NCBI GenBank assembly: GCA_009914755.4
Contig: CP068257.2
Location: 15,360,001 to 15,424,000, forward strand
Direction of reading: 5' to 3'
Source: the human T2T-CHM13v2.0 reference genome, Homo sapiens
DNA length: 64,000 nt
Made by a program: the position numbers and the translations under genes. The notes under the pieces were generated by a model that saw only the letters and a list, made by a program, of their open reading frames with translations, was not told the DNA's origin and did not search any database. Positions 45,084-60,320 of this stretch are shown in pieces; position 1 is the first letter of the stretch; every line of letters starts with the position of its first letter.

Positions 45084-45098
45084 AAAAAAAAAAAAAAA
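45084..45098. repeat. A15–16 mononucleotide run terminating the GC-rich segment
   Basis: 'ccagaaaaaaaaaaaaaaaac'. Confidence 0.9.
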
Positions 45099-48000
45099 CT
45101 TTCAAAATCAGCAAATTCTAATTTTCAAGCCATTAGATTCCTTCTCACTTTTCCTGTTAAATTACTTGATATGTTTCAGGAATTGAACTTTAATTAGTCA
45201 TTAAAGTGATTACTGTTCTTCAGCCCTGGCTGACTCAATTATGGCAACCTATTTCTTAGTGACCTTTTTCTGCCTAAATTAAGCAAAACATAAACAGGAT
45301 CCATGTATTACATCAGGGAAAGAATATGTGAATAAACTAAACAAAAAAGTATCTAGTTCTCATATTTGAGACATTTTTACTCTCAGAAAGTCAATGTTGT
45401 GCCTTTAGTCTCTGCTTTTATGATGCAGGAATGTGGAGAGTGATGGGCAGGGGTGAAGTATTCAGGTAGCTACACAATTGACTCACATTACCAGAACTAA
45501 GTTGGAACCATAATGTTTTCAAGAGGTTTTTGAGTTAAGGTCTGAATTGCTACCGTTTCACCTCAGCAGAACTGAACACTTACTTAATTTTATGTGTAAT
45601 TTCATTAAATAGCACTTAATACCTACAATAAACTATGTTGGAAATGGCTAAGCAGAGAGATAAATTTAAGGCAGCTTATGACTTTATCATTATCAGGTAC
45701 AAAGGAAGAAGACTATTTCTTTATATATAATTGAATTTACATTTTATGCTATAACAGTCGAAATGAGAATTGTTAGTCATTTAAAGAGGCACTTTAAAGA
45801 TTAACTTAATGACACATATTTTGACTATTTAAAGAGGCCTAAAAGAACAAAGGGGAGTTTTATTTGGAAAAATCTCTTACTTCTTTGTAGCCATTATCAG
45901 AATGTATTAATGGGGCTTTGTGCTGGATAAATAGGTTTGTGTGGGTGGCTGTGGGGAGGGAAGTGAGGTGGCATTTACTCAGCGGCCTTTCATTTTCTAA
46001 AATTGAAAATTCTATCAGTTACCATAAATTAAGTTTAATTTAAATCATTTGGTATCAAATATCTAAAAACAATAACTAAACTTAAAAGGAGAAAAAGATA
46101 AAATGAGAGTAAGAAAAAGTGGCAAAGAGCTGAAAACTCTTCTAAAGCAAAATCCCAGACTGAAATTATAAATCTCTTAAAGCAGTGTTTTGGTAATTTG
46201 GGTTATTACTCATGCACCAGCCAAGCTCTGAATTACAAGGGCGTGTAGACAGCACTCTGCCTCGGGGTTATGCAGCGAGATCTGTTCCCCTTGGTTCTGC
46301 TGGCTGTGAAGAGTTCTGGCTGGTGAAGAGGCACCAAAAGAATCCTGTGTCAAAATGACTTTAGATATAATCTAGAGCAGACTCCTCACTTTGTAATGAC
46401 TGAAATGCAGAGAGGCAGAGACATGCTTGCAGTCTCAAGCTGTTCACTGCCAAATCCAGACTTGAATGAGGGTCATTTTCCCACAGACTTCCCACTGAAG
46501 CTTGAGGCCTCTGACATAATATCTAAGCATTTTTCAGTAGCTACTATTTGGACTAGATAATATATTCAGGGTGATTTTTAAAGTTGACCATTTTCCTTCA
46601 TAGGTGAGAAATTAAACGGTATGGAAATGATAATTACCTTTCAAGTAGTTTTTAACTAAGAGAATGTATATAATAATATTAATGTGAATAAATATCCAAA
46701 GCCAAGGTGTTTCCAAGAGTATGTGTGACAAGTATTCAGAACTAATAAGAATACTCAAATTAATGTTAATGTCTCTCTCTGTTGGTTTATGACTTGCCAA
46801 ATGTGAATTATCTCCTCAAATACACACGTGAATTGGCTGCTGATGATTATTTGACAGGACACATTTTACCTGCAGCAACATTCAACATTTTACTACCCAC
46901 GGCATTATTTGAAAGATAATCAATACTTTTTGCTAAAGCTCCAGGCACTAGACGCTAATCATATGCAACACTGCTAGACAGAAAACATAAAGTCAGATTT
47001 ACATGTTTCTGGCACTCTTTAAAATGATAGTAGGGTTGTGATTATCAGGTAAGATTTGCTATTGAACCATGAGGTTTTGGATTATCTGTTAGGACATGGG
47101 AGTTTCAGCAAACATTGATTGTGCTTCTGATATTTTCACACTTAATGAGATGGTCGATGTCAGGTTAAGTAAAAGAATGACTGAGAACTCCATTTTGGCT
47201 CAGAAAGGCAGAAAAAGGTAAAAGAAAGAGAACTTAACAGTAGAAACCATCTAAGTGGCTTCTTACTTTTGGTTCAATCTAATAAATAAGAACTTGAACA
47301 GGAAACTCATATCAATCCAAAGATTCAAACTTACCCTGATATAAGGAGACTTTTAGACCAAGAGAAGAAAGCTTATCTGTGATTAAATTGAAATTTGCTT
47401 GGGATAATTATTCGCCATCAGTCACACAATTTAGACCTAAAATTCACAGATGCAGGAAACCAGGATTACATTATCTTTCCCAAATTACAGTATCTTTTCA
47501 GTTTCTTATTTAGTTACTGAACTATTATAGAATAGTTGATTGTAAATGCTTCTGAGAACTTAAAAATTGCATCCTTTCTCTCAATTATGTGTTTTTAAAC
47601 TTGACTCTTGGGATTAGTGAAGCTATTATGATCACATTTCACAGAGATGACAAAGACAGGAAGCTAATATGCTAACATGAAAGATTAACTTTAATTATAT
47701 TCTTCTATGGCTTGTGTATTTTTTAAATATAGACATTCATGTTGCATCTATCTACATTTATGTTGCATCTATCATATGTCATCCAGACTCAGTCAACAAT
47801 TCACTTCTTTAAACTATTAGCAATAAACTAAAGCATTTGTTAGCATGCTGTTTGATTTACATTTTAAACCTAATTCTCCATCCAACACTTTAATGTAAAA
47901 ACTGAGCACTGAAATAAACAGCATTAGTTTTTCCTTGCTAAAATAACAAGTTTGCCTTTAAAATTATTTACTGTTGTAACCTGTGAATTAATGTGCCTTG

Positions 48001-49009
48001 TAAATATGCCTCGTTAACTGATTAATGAAATGTTTATAATTGCAAATTGTAAGTTAGATTGAGGCAGATGAATAGATAAATGCATCTATTTGAAATGTAC
48101 TTCCTATTGAATTCACCTAGGCCTTATGTGGGGCTTCGTTAATAATAAATTTTCAGGTAATTCAGGGTGATTTTCTGCCCTGTGCCCAGATCGTACTCAC
48201 TGCCAGCTTTAGTGACTGAAATGAGCATCGTTCTCCACCTCTACCTTCACCACATTAACTCAAAATTGATGTTTTTGCTCATTTTTCCAGAATGGTGCAA
48301 TCAGCAGGTGATCACCTCAGGAAGAAAACCAATGTCTTTATTCCAATTGTTTTTATTTTTCCCAGACTCCTAACAACTATGGCTTGTGGAAACATATGGC
48401 CTATACACTCACTATGAATGTTCGTTGAATTTCATGAATATTCCTCCCTTTTGCACCTATTTTCTTAATAATCCCTTTGAGACTTCAGCCCTCATTTGTT
48501 TACTTAGCATACATGCCATAAGGGCCGGCTAAACACAGCCATGACAGGATGTTCCGCAGGAAAGCCTGTTCTACACGAGAGACAGATAAACATGACATTT
48601 CATTGAATGCAACAGAAAGAGTACTGACCTGGTGTTTTGAACAAAAGAAGCAACGATTACTCGAGTGGAAGGAGGAGAGGTCGTTTGAAATGGTTTTAAA
48701 GATTAAGTGGAATTTTCTCAAATGTTTCAGGTTGACATAGCATTTTAGGCAAAAGGGAAAATTTGAAGAAATAACATGGAGGTTAATTTCTCTTTCTTAA
48801 AATTTAACATAAGTCAAACTATGTCATGACACCTACTCAGAAAATTGGGTAAATTAAAAATCATTCCTAATGAAGATACTGAAAAAAAAATTTTAATTGG
48901 TATCAGAAAAATAAAAGGTAAATAATGCAGATAGAAAAGATCCTCTTGGGAGAAAGCAAGTAGATAAAACAAAAAATACCTTGGTGTTGAACACTTCAAA
49001 TGAATTTAA

Positions 49010-51955
<2,946 letters not shown>

Positions 51956-54900
51956 TTTCTTGAAATATGCCTACAAAGGAATATTGAAGAAAGTCATAGG
52001 ATGTTTGTGAAAAGAGTATAAAGTGTGTGGGAAGGACGGGAGAGAGTTGCACCTAATTGATAAAGGTTTTCTCTGAAATAAATTCAAAAACTGGTTACAA
52101 ATGTTATGAAACTTGCTTAAATAAAGAAGACTTGAGTTTGAATCTGGGTGCTTTCCATATCCTTGACTTGAGCCCTTGAGTAAAGTATAATTCTATGTAT
52201 TTAAAAAAACAATAATAATACCTGTCATACCCAATTTCCTCGGTCAGTTAAGTATTTATTATGCACTCTACTCATTTGTACATTCTAACTGAGCCTTATA
52301 ATAGGTAAGTGTGGTATGTGTATACACTCTAGATCAGAGACATCTAGTACCCCACAGATGAGTAACAACCTTCAAATATTCACCAAGAGCCTGCAGGATA
52401 ATCCAGTAGACCCTACCTTACCATAATCTGTGTCTGTATTTTGCAACTCATGATCCCTTAATCTCAACTTTGACTCTAACTCCCTTGCCTTCAAAGTCCA
52501 AATGGGCATGTTTCTCCATGTCTGTCCTTACTTTCTATCTCACCCTCTTGCCATGCACCCAAAGCTGAGGAAAGAGATTCACACCTCATCTCACTCCAAA
52601 CCACATCCCAGTTGGGGCAATAGGTACAGAGCTGCTGTGGAGTGGTCAGAAAACTACAGAATGACAGGGGCCACAGGTCCTAAAATGGTCACATCCCAGG
52701 AGCTCATTTTCTAATTGGTGACATATAAACAAATAATTATAATTTATGGATTTGACATTCATGTTTTCAAAATATATATCTAAGGAGAATGTGGATGAAG
52801 TAATTATGAATGAATTGCTTCTGAGAGGGAGGAGAGGTGTCAGGACTCCAGGTCAAGGAAGTAAAAGTGCCAAAGCACCAGGGCAAAGAACATTGTGTGT
52901 ACAAGCAACTGAATACATTCTTCTGATAAGGACAAAACAGATAATTCCTACAATTATTTTCTCCAAGTAAGTATTTGGGGAAAAAAATGGGTTGGGACAT
53001 TAGTTAGGAGATCAAATTACTGTACAGAATTACAGTAGCAGATGAGATGAATAGATCATTGACAAGATGAAAGATTACCAAATGACTTTCTTTCAGAATG
53101 CAACCAAGATTAAAAATTTAAAGACTGTTCATGGTTTTGTAATTTCTCCAGCATCACTTATTAATATAAGAATCAAAGACTAGGACAGAGGATAGGCAGG
53201 AACAATGAGGTCAGAGGCCAGATTTAATAGAGGATAATGAAAAAGATTAGTAAAAATATAGGAACTGGGGACAGGGAGAGGTTTCTTGTTTCAAATTATG
53301 TGAATATGGATGCACCTTATAGGCTCTAACACCCTGCGCAGATGGGAGGTATTGTTTTCATTATTAGTCCAATAATGTATATATGTTTTCTTAAATCACT
53401 TCGAAAACAGCTATAGGTGACAACCAGGTAAGGAAAGAACATACATAGGACATGTGCGTGCATTCCAGTTCAACAAAACCTTACAAAGTGTCTAGAATTA
53501 AGACCTACAACTTATTCTAGAGAAGCTTATTATCTACCACAGGAGACAAATATAAGCAGAGAATTCCAAACTAATATGCCAAGAACTACATAAAAAGTGA
53601 GGATATGCATTTAGTCCAATCTTCCTAGAGGAGATGATGCTGAGGAAATTTTAAAATATAGGTAGGATTTGGTCAGAAAGCTAGAAGGACATTTCAGGCA
53701 GAGGGAACTGCATGAGAAAAGGCCAGGAGACTGGCAAGAGCATTTAGCTAAGTTACTGAATCCAAGAAATACTTTGCACTATATATTCATACTGTTTATA
53801 AGATGGAGAAAAGCCTAGAAGAAGGAACATCATAAATTATTGTTCAGGACATCTTCACTTCTCTGCTTCTTCCCTCCGGGAATATAGTATATTTCACTGT
53901 CCCACTGATTTTAGGATTAGCCATATGATTAACTGTGACCTACGGAATGTTAGCAGAAGGAGTGTGAAAACATGAATTGTGCTTGCCTGATGGCTACTTG
54001 CTCTCTTTCCCCTCTGCCAGTGCACGAAGATCATGCTCTGACTAGCCCACTGCCCCAAGGAGAATGGAAAACATGGGGAAGAGTCCATCTAACCCACAGA
54101 CTTGAGGTCTGGAAGCAAACCCAGCTAAGTCTAGCCTAGATCTGCTCACCCTAAGCTGGCTGGTAGACATGTGAGTGATTTAAATGATTCATATTTTAAA
54201 CCTCCCAATGTTAGAGCAGATGTTATGCAGCAACAGCTGCCTATACGTTGCTGAACATAGCTGTCTGTTGAAGGAATACAAATATTTTTGAATTTATTAT
54301 ATTTTGCTTCACAGTATCTGCAAATTTGTTGATTACTTTTGTATTAAAGAGAATTCTACAAAATAAATCATATATATAAAATATTATTTATGAAGTGAGA
54401 ATGTCTCTAAAATTATGTGTTATATTTCCTCTTAAACAATTGTCAGTCATTAACTTTATCTTCGTTTGAATGAATTTTGTTGTGTATACTTAATGTATAA
54501 AACATGATGTTATGAGATACATATAGATAGTAAAATAGTTATTAGAGTGAAGCAAATTAACATTATCTCACATAAGTATTCATTTCCCCCCACCCACCCA
54601 TGGCAAGAGCAACTATAATCTAATCGCTTAGCAAAAATCCCAAATACAATACTCTATTATTAACTATAGTCCTCATTTGTACATTAGATCTTTAGGTTCA
54701 TTAACTTTACCTTGAGGGTTGTTTTATGTGACTGTACCGTCATTATCAATTGTCTTTGATAGCCCACAGGTGGTGAACTAAAATCTTCTTTATTCCTAAG
54801 CCTTCTTTTCAGTACATTGTTTTGGTTACTGTCTCAGGAAAAGAGAAGGCCCAGGTGGGAAGCAGAAAAAAACAAGTTTTAGCTACAGGGAGATTTGATT

Positions 54901-57099
54901 TAATATACTTAGACAATTATATAAAAGTCCTTACTACCGTGGCTGATGTATAGTAATAGATGATTAAGAAGTATTTAGTTCATTCTCACAGCCTCCCCTA
55001 TTCCCATTAGCCAGTTTTGGAAAATCTCCCTTTAAGGTTTTCAAGTTCATGATCATTTGCATTTTGATGATGGCCAAGGTAAATCGAGCTGTTTCTGTAT
55101 TGGTGCAATTAAGAGAAAAAAAGTCAGAACAATCCTGGCTTTTTGGATTTTGATGAAATTTTCAGTCTGTTTTGACATTTGAGTTTCTGATTTTCTGTGA
55201 TCTGTCATTTATGAGTGCTGCAATGAATAAGTGAGAGCTATTAAACAGCTGCACAATTTGGGGGACTTTTCACAGCCCAGTTGTAGGACTCAGCAGGAGA
55301 TCAGTAAGGATTAGACACAAAGAAACAGGCATTTTAATTTGAGTAATATTAACATTCACAAACTGTCATATTATGGAAATCACTGGGAGTGTGTGTGCTC
55401 TGCTATTGAAGCAAAGGCAGAAAAAACAACAAGAGGAGCTTAGAATTTGCAAGATGTCCTCAATGGCTGGAAGATGATACAGTCAGGTGAGCCTGAAAAG
55501 TGGCATTCGGGAGGAACAAATTTGGGACTGAAGGAGACACTTAGGGGAATCCCCTGAAAACTTCCGGTTCTCCAAAGCACCTTTGTCCTATTAAAAGACC
55601 TCTCTGTGAAGAGGCTGCTATATCCTGGTCCTGGGCAGTAAGCTAGCAATGTTTCTCTATTGAGGAAAGGACAGTTTGGAGACACAAGGAAGTATAAGAA
55701 ATCCATGACACCGTTCCTCACTTCAGGGATTCTCGAAACTATTTATACACACAGGAAGCTACACTGAAACAACAACTGAAGTACACATGAGGGAATACCA
55801 TGTAAGCGAACTTAATACAATCAGTATAGCTTAATCTAGCTCAAATTTCATTTTAGGATTTTGTAGCAGTAAAGTTATCAAAAATATCAAGCCAGGCTAC
55901 TTATGAATAACCCCTTGTAAGAAATCAACTTTGAGATGAGTTTTGACAAAAGCGAAGGATAAGGATTGGTGTAGACGGTGAAAAATGCGTGAACAAGAAA
56001 ATGATAATAATAAGAGCATTTCTAATAGTGCGAAGACAAAACCAGAGGGTGCAAAGAAGGAAAAAAAAAGATGTAAATGCGACAAAATCAATCTTGTGCA
56101 ACCTCACACATTGGTGATACAGGTTTAAGCTTTTGTGAGGGCCCAGTGACCACTAATCTGGTAACACCTCTGCTAAATGCAATCTCTTCTCTGCCCTGTA
56201 ACTTCTGAAATCAAAAACTCATGTACAATTCCACAGGGGAGACCCACTTAGAAGCAGAATTGAAGGTCGCCAGAGTTATATGGTAGATATGAGGTGTGGT
56301 AAGGGGTCAAAATGACAATAACTGGACTATTCTGACTGGTGAGGTGCCAATTAACGACACCCATCTTTTAATTGTAGTTTACTGGTAAGATCATCGAGAA
56401 AGGAGAGCTCATGTCTACTGTTTTGTAATATATATGAAGAGAACACTGTAAATAACCTTCTCTTAATCTCACAAAAATCCCTCTCCTCCCCACACCAGCA
56501 TGAAAAATCAGCTTCATCCCCATGCACAATAGCCACCAAAGTAAAACAAGCCTTTCTAGTTGATAACGAAAGAGAATATAGTTTGCTCCTGAACTTACCC
56601 AAAAGAAGTGCTGAAAAATTGTGAATATATAAAATTCTGATAAACCCTTTCTGTATTTCCAGTTTAATTTTATGATGATATCAGTTCTTTTGTCTTTATT
56701 TTCTATTATTGCTTACTCATCCCTCAGCATTTTGGACTTTAGGGTCTTTGTCTCTTATGAGCTGGAAAATCATCATTTGACACCTGATGCTTAAATAAAC
56801 CTGAAGAGGAGTCATTAAAGGAATCTCTCCAAAATGCTAAGACTCACTGATATATGTATCAAAGAGTGAGATTTCTAAGAATTAAACATATCCTTCTTTT
56901 CTTTATTTTATTATTACTTTCATCATTATGTTTGGGATTCTCTGATATTAGTATGTACTTATTGAAGGCAGATGCTTATATTCTTCAATATTCTTCAATC
57001 TAATGATATATGAAGCAGCAAAGTTATTAAGCATGTTCATGAAGGAGAAATACAAGCAGTGCCAAAACAGTCTTGGAAAATAGAATTGACCTTTCTAAT

Positions 57100-58032
57100 T
57101 TTTGCAATCTATCCATCTGACAAAGGTCTAATATCCATAATCTACAAGGAATTTAAACAAATTTAAAAAAAACGTTAAAAACTTGGCAAAGGACATGAAT
57201 AGACACTTCTCAAAAAAGACATGGCATTTATGCAGCCAACAAACATATGAAAAAAAGCTCAACATCACTGATCATTAGAGAAATGAAAATCAAAACCACA
57301 ATGAAATACCATCTCACGCCAATCAGAATGACGATTATTAAAAAGTCAAGAAACAACAGGTGCTGGCAAAGTTGTGAAGAATTACGAATGCTTTTAAACT
57401 GTTGGTAGGAAAGAATGCAAATTAGTTCAACCATTGTGGAAGATGGCGTGGCAATTCCTCAAAGATCTAGAACCAGAAATACCATTTGACCCAGCAATCC
57501 CATTACTGGGTATATACCCAAAGGAATATAAATCATTCTATTACAAAGATACATGCACATGTCTGTTCCTTGAAGCCCTATTCACAATAGCAAAGACATA
57601 GAATCAACCCAAATGCCCATCAATGATAGACTGGATAAAGAAAATGTGGTACCTATACACCATGGAATACTATGCAGCCATAAAAAGGAATGAGATAATG
57701 TGCTTTGCAGGGACGTAGATGGAGCTTGAAGCCATTATGCCCAGCAAACTAACACAGGAACAGAAAACCAAACACCACGTGTTCTCATGTATAAGTGGGA
57801 ACTGAACAATGAGAATACATGGACACAGGAAGGAGAACAAAACACACTGGGGCCTGTCAGGAGGTGGGGTAGGGGGAGGGAGGGCATTAGGAAAAATAGG
57901 TAATGCACGCTTGGCTTAATACCTAGGTGATGGGTTGATAGGTGCAGCAAACCACCATGGCACATGTTTACCTATGTAACAAACCTGCACATTCTGTACA
58001 CGTACCTCAGAACTTAAAGTAAAATTTTTTAA
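57100..58032 (+). mobile_element. 5'-truncated primate L1 (L1PA/L1PB-like) 3' end, ~0.93 kb
   Basis: 'ttttgcaatctatccatctgacaaaggtctaatatccataatctacaaggaatttaaacaaatttaaaaaaaac…gacatgaatagacacttctcaaaaaagacat…aaagctcaacatcactgatcattagagaaatgaaaatcaaaaccacaatgaaataccatctcacgccaatcagaatg…gcaaaccaccatggcacatgtttacctatgtaacaaacctgcacattctgtacacgtacctcagaacttaaagtaaaat'. ORF 57228..57434 (−) is an artefact. Confidence 0.9.
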
Positions 58033-59944
58033 ATAACATTTTTATAGTTTAATGATTTCTGAAAATTAATAAAGCTTCTATATCCTGGAAAAAGTACCAC
58101 CTCTCATACTTCAGAGTAAAATATATTCTTAGTAAAAAAAAATCTATTACTTCAGAAAACTTAAGTAGTGAGGCTAGAAAGACAGCGATTTAGGAGAGAG
58201 GAGTCATTATTCAAGAAATTTTGCGACAGTAATCACAGAGTATCAGTGGCAAGATGTACAGTGGGATAGGAGACAGAAAGGGAATATGGCAGAGTAGAAT
58301 AAAGTCAAGAAGAAGGAATAACAAGATGAAATGACATAACAAGATGGTAACAATAACAGTATCAAATTATGATTCTGTTTTGTGGGGTGAGTTTTCCTGG
58401 CCAGACCCCTGTCCTTCCCCTAGGAACTTCTCCCACAAGTACTTCTGCCCTGACCTCACCTGCACATCACTTCTGTGTTAGGTTCCATGCATCCTGCTCT
58501 GATGATAACAATCCCTTGCCTTATGGTTTCGAGAGATCTTGGATTATTGATTAATTGGCCAGAATTTATACTCTTCAGTTAACAATCCCATATATTCTGT
58601 GAGGCCTTATGTTTCTTTCAGTCACTGCCATATAAAATTCCCTGCTCAAATCACCTCAGCCTTTTTTTTGTATTTCTTCTTTTCTTTCCCCTTTCTTTGG
58701 CCCTGAATTTCTACACACATTTCAAGCTCTATACCTTTGATTTCGCCCTTTCTCCCAAGTACAATTATTCATTTTTCACAAACCTAAATCCTCCACTACT
58801 TTCAGAGAAATGTAGAAAATACTAGCCAAATTTTCTCTGTCTCCTTGTTCAAATTCCTAGTTCAGTGGGTATACAAGCTCATGCTGACCAACCTACATTC
58901 ATGGGTCTGTTTCGCATCCCATTCATTCTGTCTTGGAGAGAAGGAAGAGAGTTCTACGTGCGTATGTGTATGTGTGTTGGGGGAGTATCCCGTCTCTACA
59001 TGGGGCTGCTATTTAGTCAAATCTCTAGGTGTGAGGTTCTCACATAGACAGGACTGTGGGCTATTAGTGTTCTTACCCATAACTCAAAACCTTTGCTTTT
59101 TATGTTTCTGTGCCTTTACACAGGGTATCAGCTCCTTGACTCTTACCTCTTTTCAGTTAGTAGAGAAACGCTTTTCCTCTAAATCAGTTTGCCACATCGG
59201 GGTAATGATGAACAAATGAATTCAGTTCTTTCTATGAAGTACCATATCCAGGATCATGTAGAATTTCCATAACGGAGGAAGGCATACATATTGTTTCTAG
59301 AGATAATACATTTTGGCTGGATATAAAAGCGCCATCAACCTTAATCTTGAAAAATTCTGGTTTGGAGCCAACGACCTTATAGTATTGTGCCTGGTTTAAT
59401 CCAACCAGGCAGTGAGACAGATTATAACCTCTCACTTGGATTTTTCTTATTTTTCAGTGAAGCTCAAATGCCTTCCAAGGAATGCTGAGCATTAACAAAT
59501 GATCAATATATATTATTATTTCCAAAAAAAGTACTTGTAAGCATCATACACATCTTTCCTTTAAGTAATATATTTTTAACTTTCTTTATGATTCTTCTAT
59601 AGGCTGGAATGCCTGTCTGCATTAGTAACAAATAGGAGGTGTTTGTCTGAACATAATTGTCAAGTCAGGCCTTCCCCACATATACTTTGAAAAGCCCAGT
59701 ATCTATTGATTTTATGTTTTGCAGCATCTTCACTTTCCTACCCCAAGCAAGTCTTCCCTCATGAGACTTGTAGAAATTTCAGTTAAACTTTTTGGTTTTA
59801 CATTGCTGTAAATGCTCGAATACGTAATATGTTACTTGTTTTCTCCCATCAAAACCTATTTTCCTGCACATCTATTAAATGTATATCAAAGCCAATTTGT
59901 TTCATTCCAAAGTTAGCTTTAAATTTAATCTTGATAAGGCACAT

Positions 59945-60320
59945 TGTTTTTAGTCAAATCAGGCTGTGATAACAAAATGCCATCGATGGAATGGCTTATA
60001 AATAATGGAAATTTATTTCATTTATTTCACGCAGTTCTGGAGGCTGGAAGTCCAAGAACAGGGTACAGCGTGATTGGTTTCTGAAGAGTGGCCTCTTCTG
60101 GGTTGCAGACCTTTGCCTAACTGTTGTATTCTCACATGGTGAAAAGAGGGCTTGAAAGCTCTCTGGGGTCCTTTATATTAGGCCACTAATCCCATTAATG
60201 AGGGCTCTGCTCTCATGACCTAATTACCTCCCAAAGGCCGTAACTCTTAATATTGCATGTTGGAGGTTAGGATTTTAATATATGAATTTGGGGGAATGCA
60301 GCCCATTACATACAAAGCAC
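59945..60320 (-). mobile_element. ERVL-MaLR solo LTR (MLT1/MST-like), 5' portion diverged or deleted
   Basis: 'ctgtgataacaaaatgccatcgatggaatggcttataaataatggaaatttatttcatttatttcacgcagttctggaggctggaagtccaagaacagggtacagcgtgattggtttctgaagagtggcctcttctgggttgcagacc…attaggccactaatcccattaatgagggctctgctctcatgacctaattacctcccaaaggccgtaactcttaatattgcatgttggaggttaggattttaatatatgaatttgggggaatgcagcccattacatacaaagca'. ORF 60257..60463 lies partly in it. Confidence 0.8.

Noticed and set aside
45084-45098. The A16 run was considered as the poly-A tail of a young processed pseudogene covering 43.95–45.1 kb.
   Set aside because: There is no AATAAA/ATTAAA within ~40 nt upstream and no convincing TSD, and the upstream region has no recognisable protein-coding ORF. 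It is kept only as a low-confidence possibility in findings.
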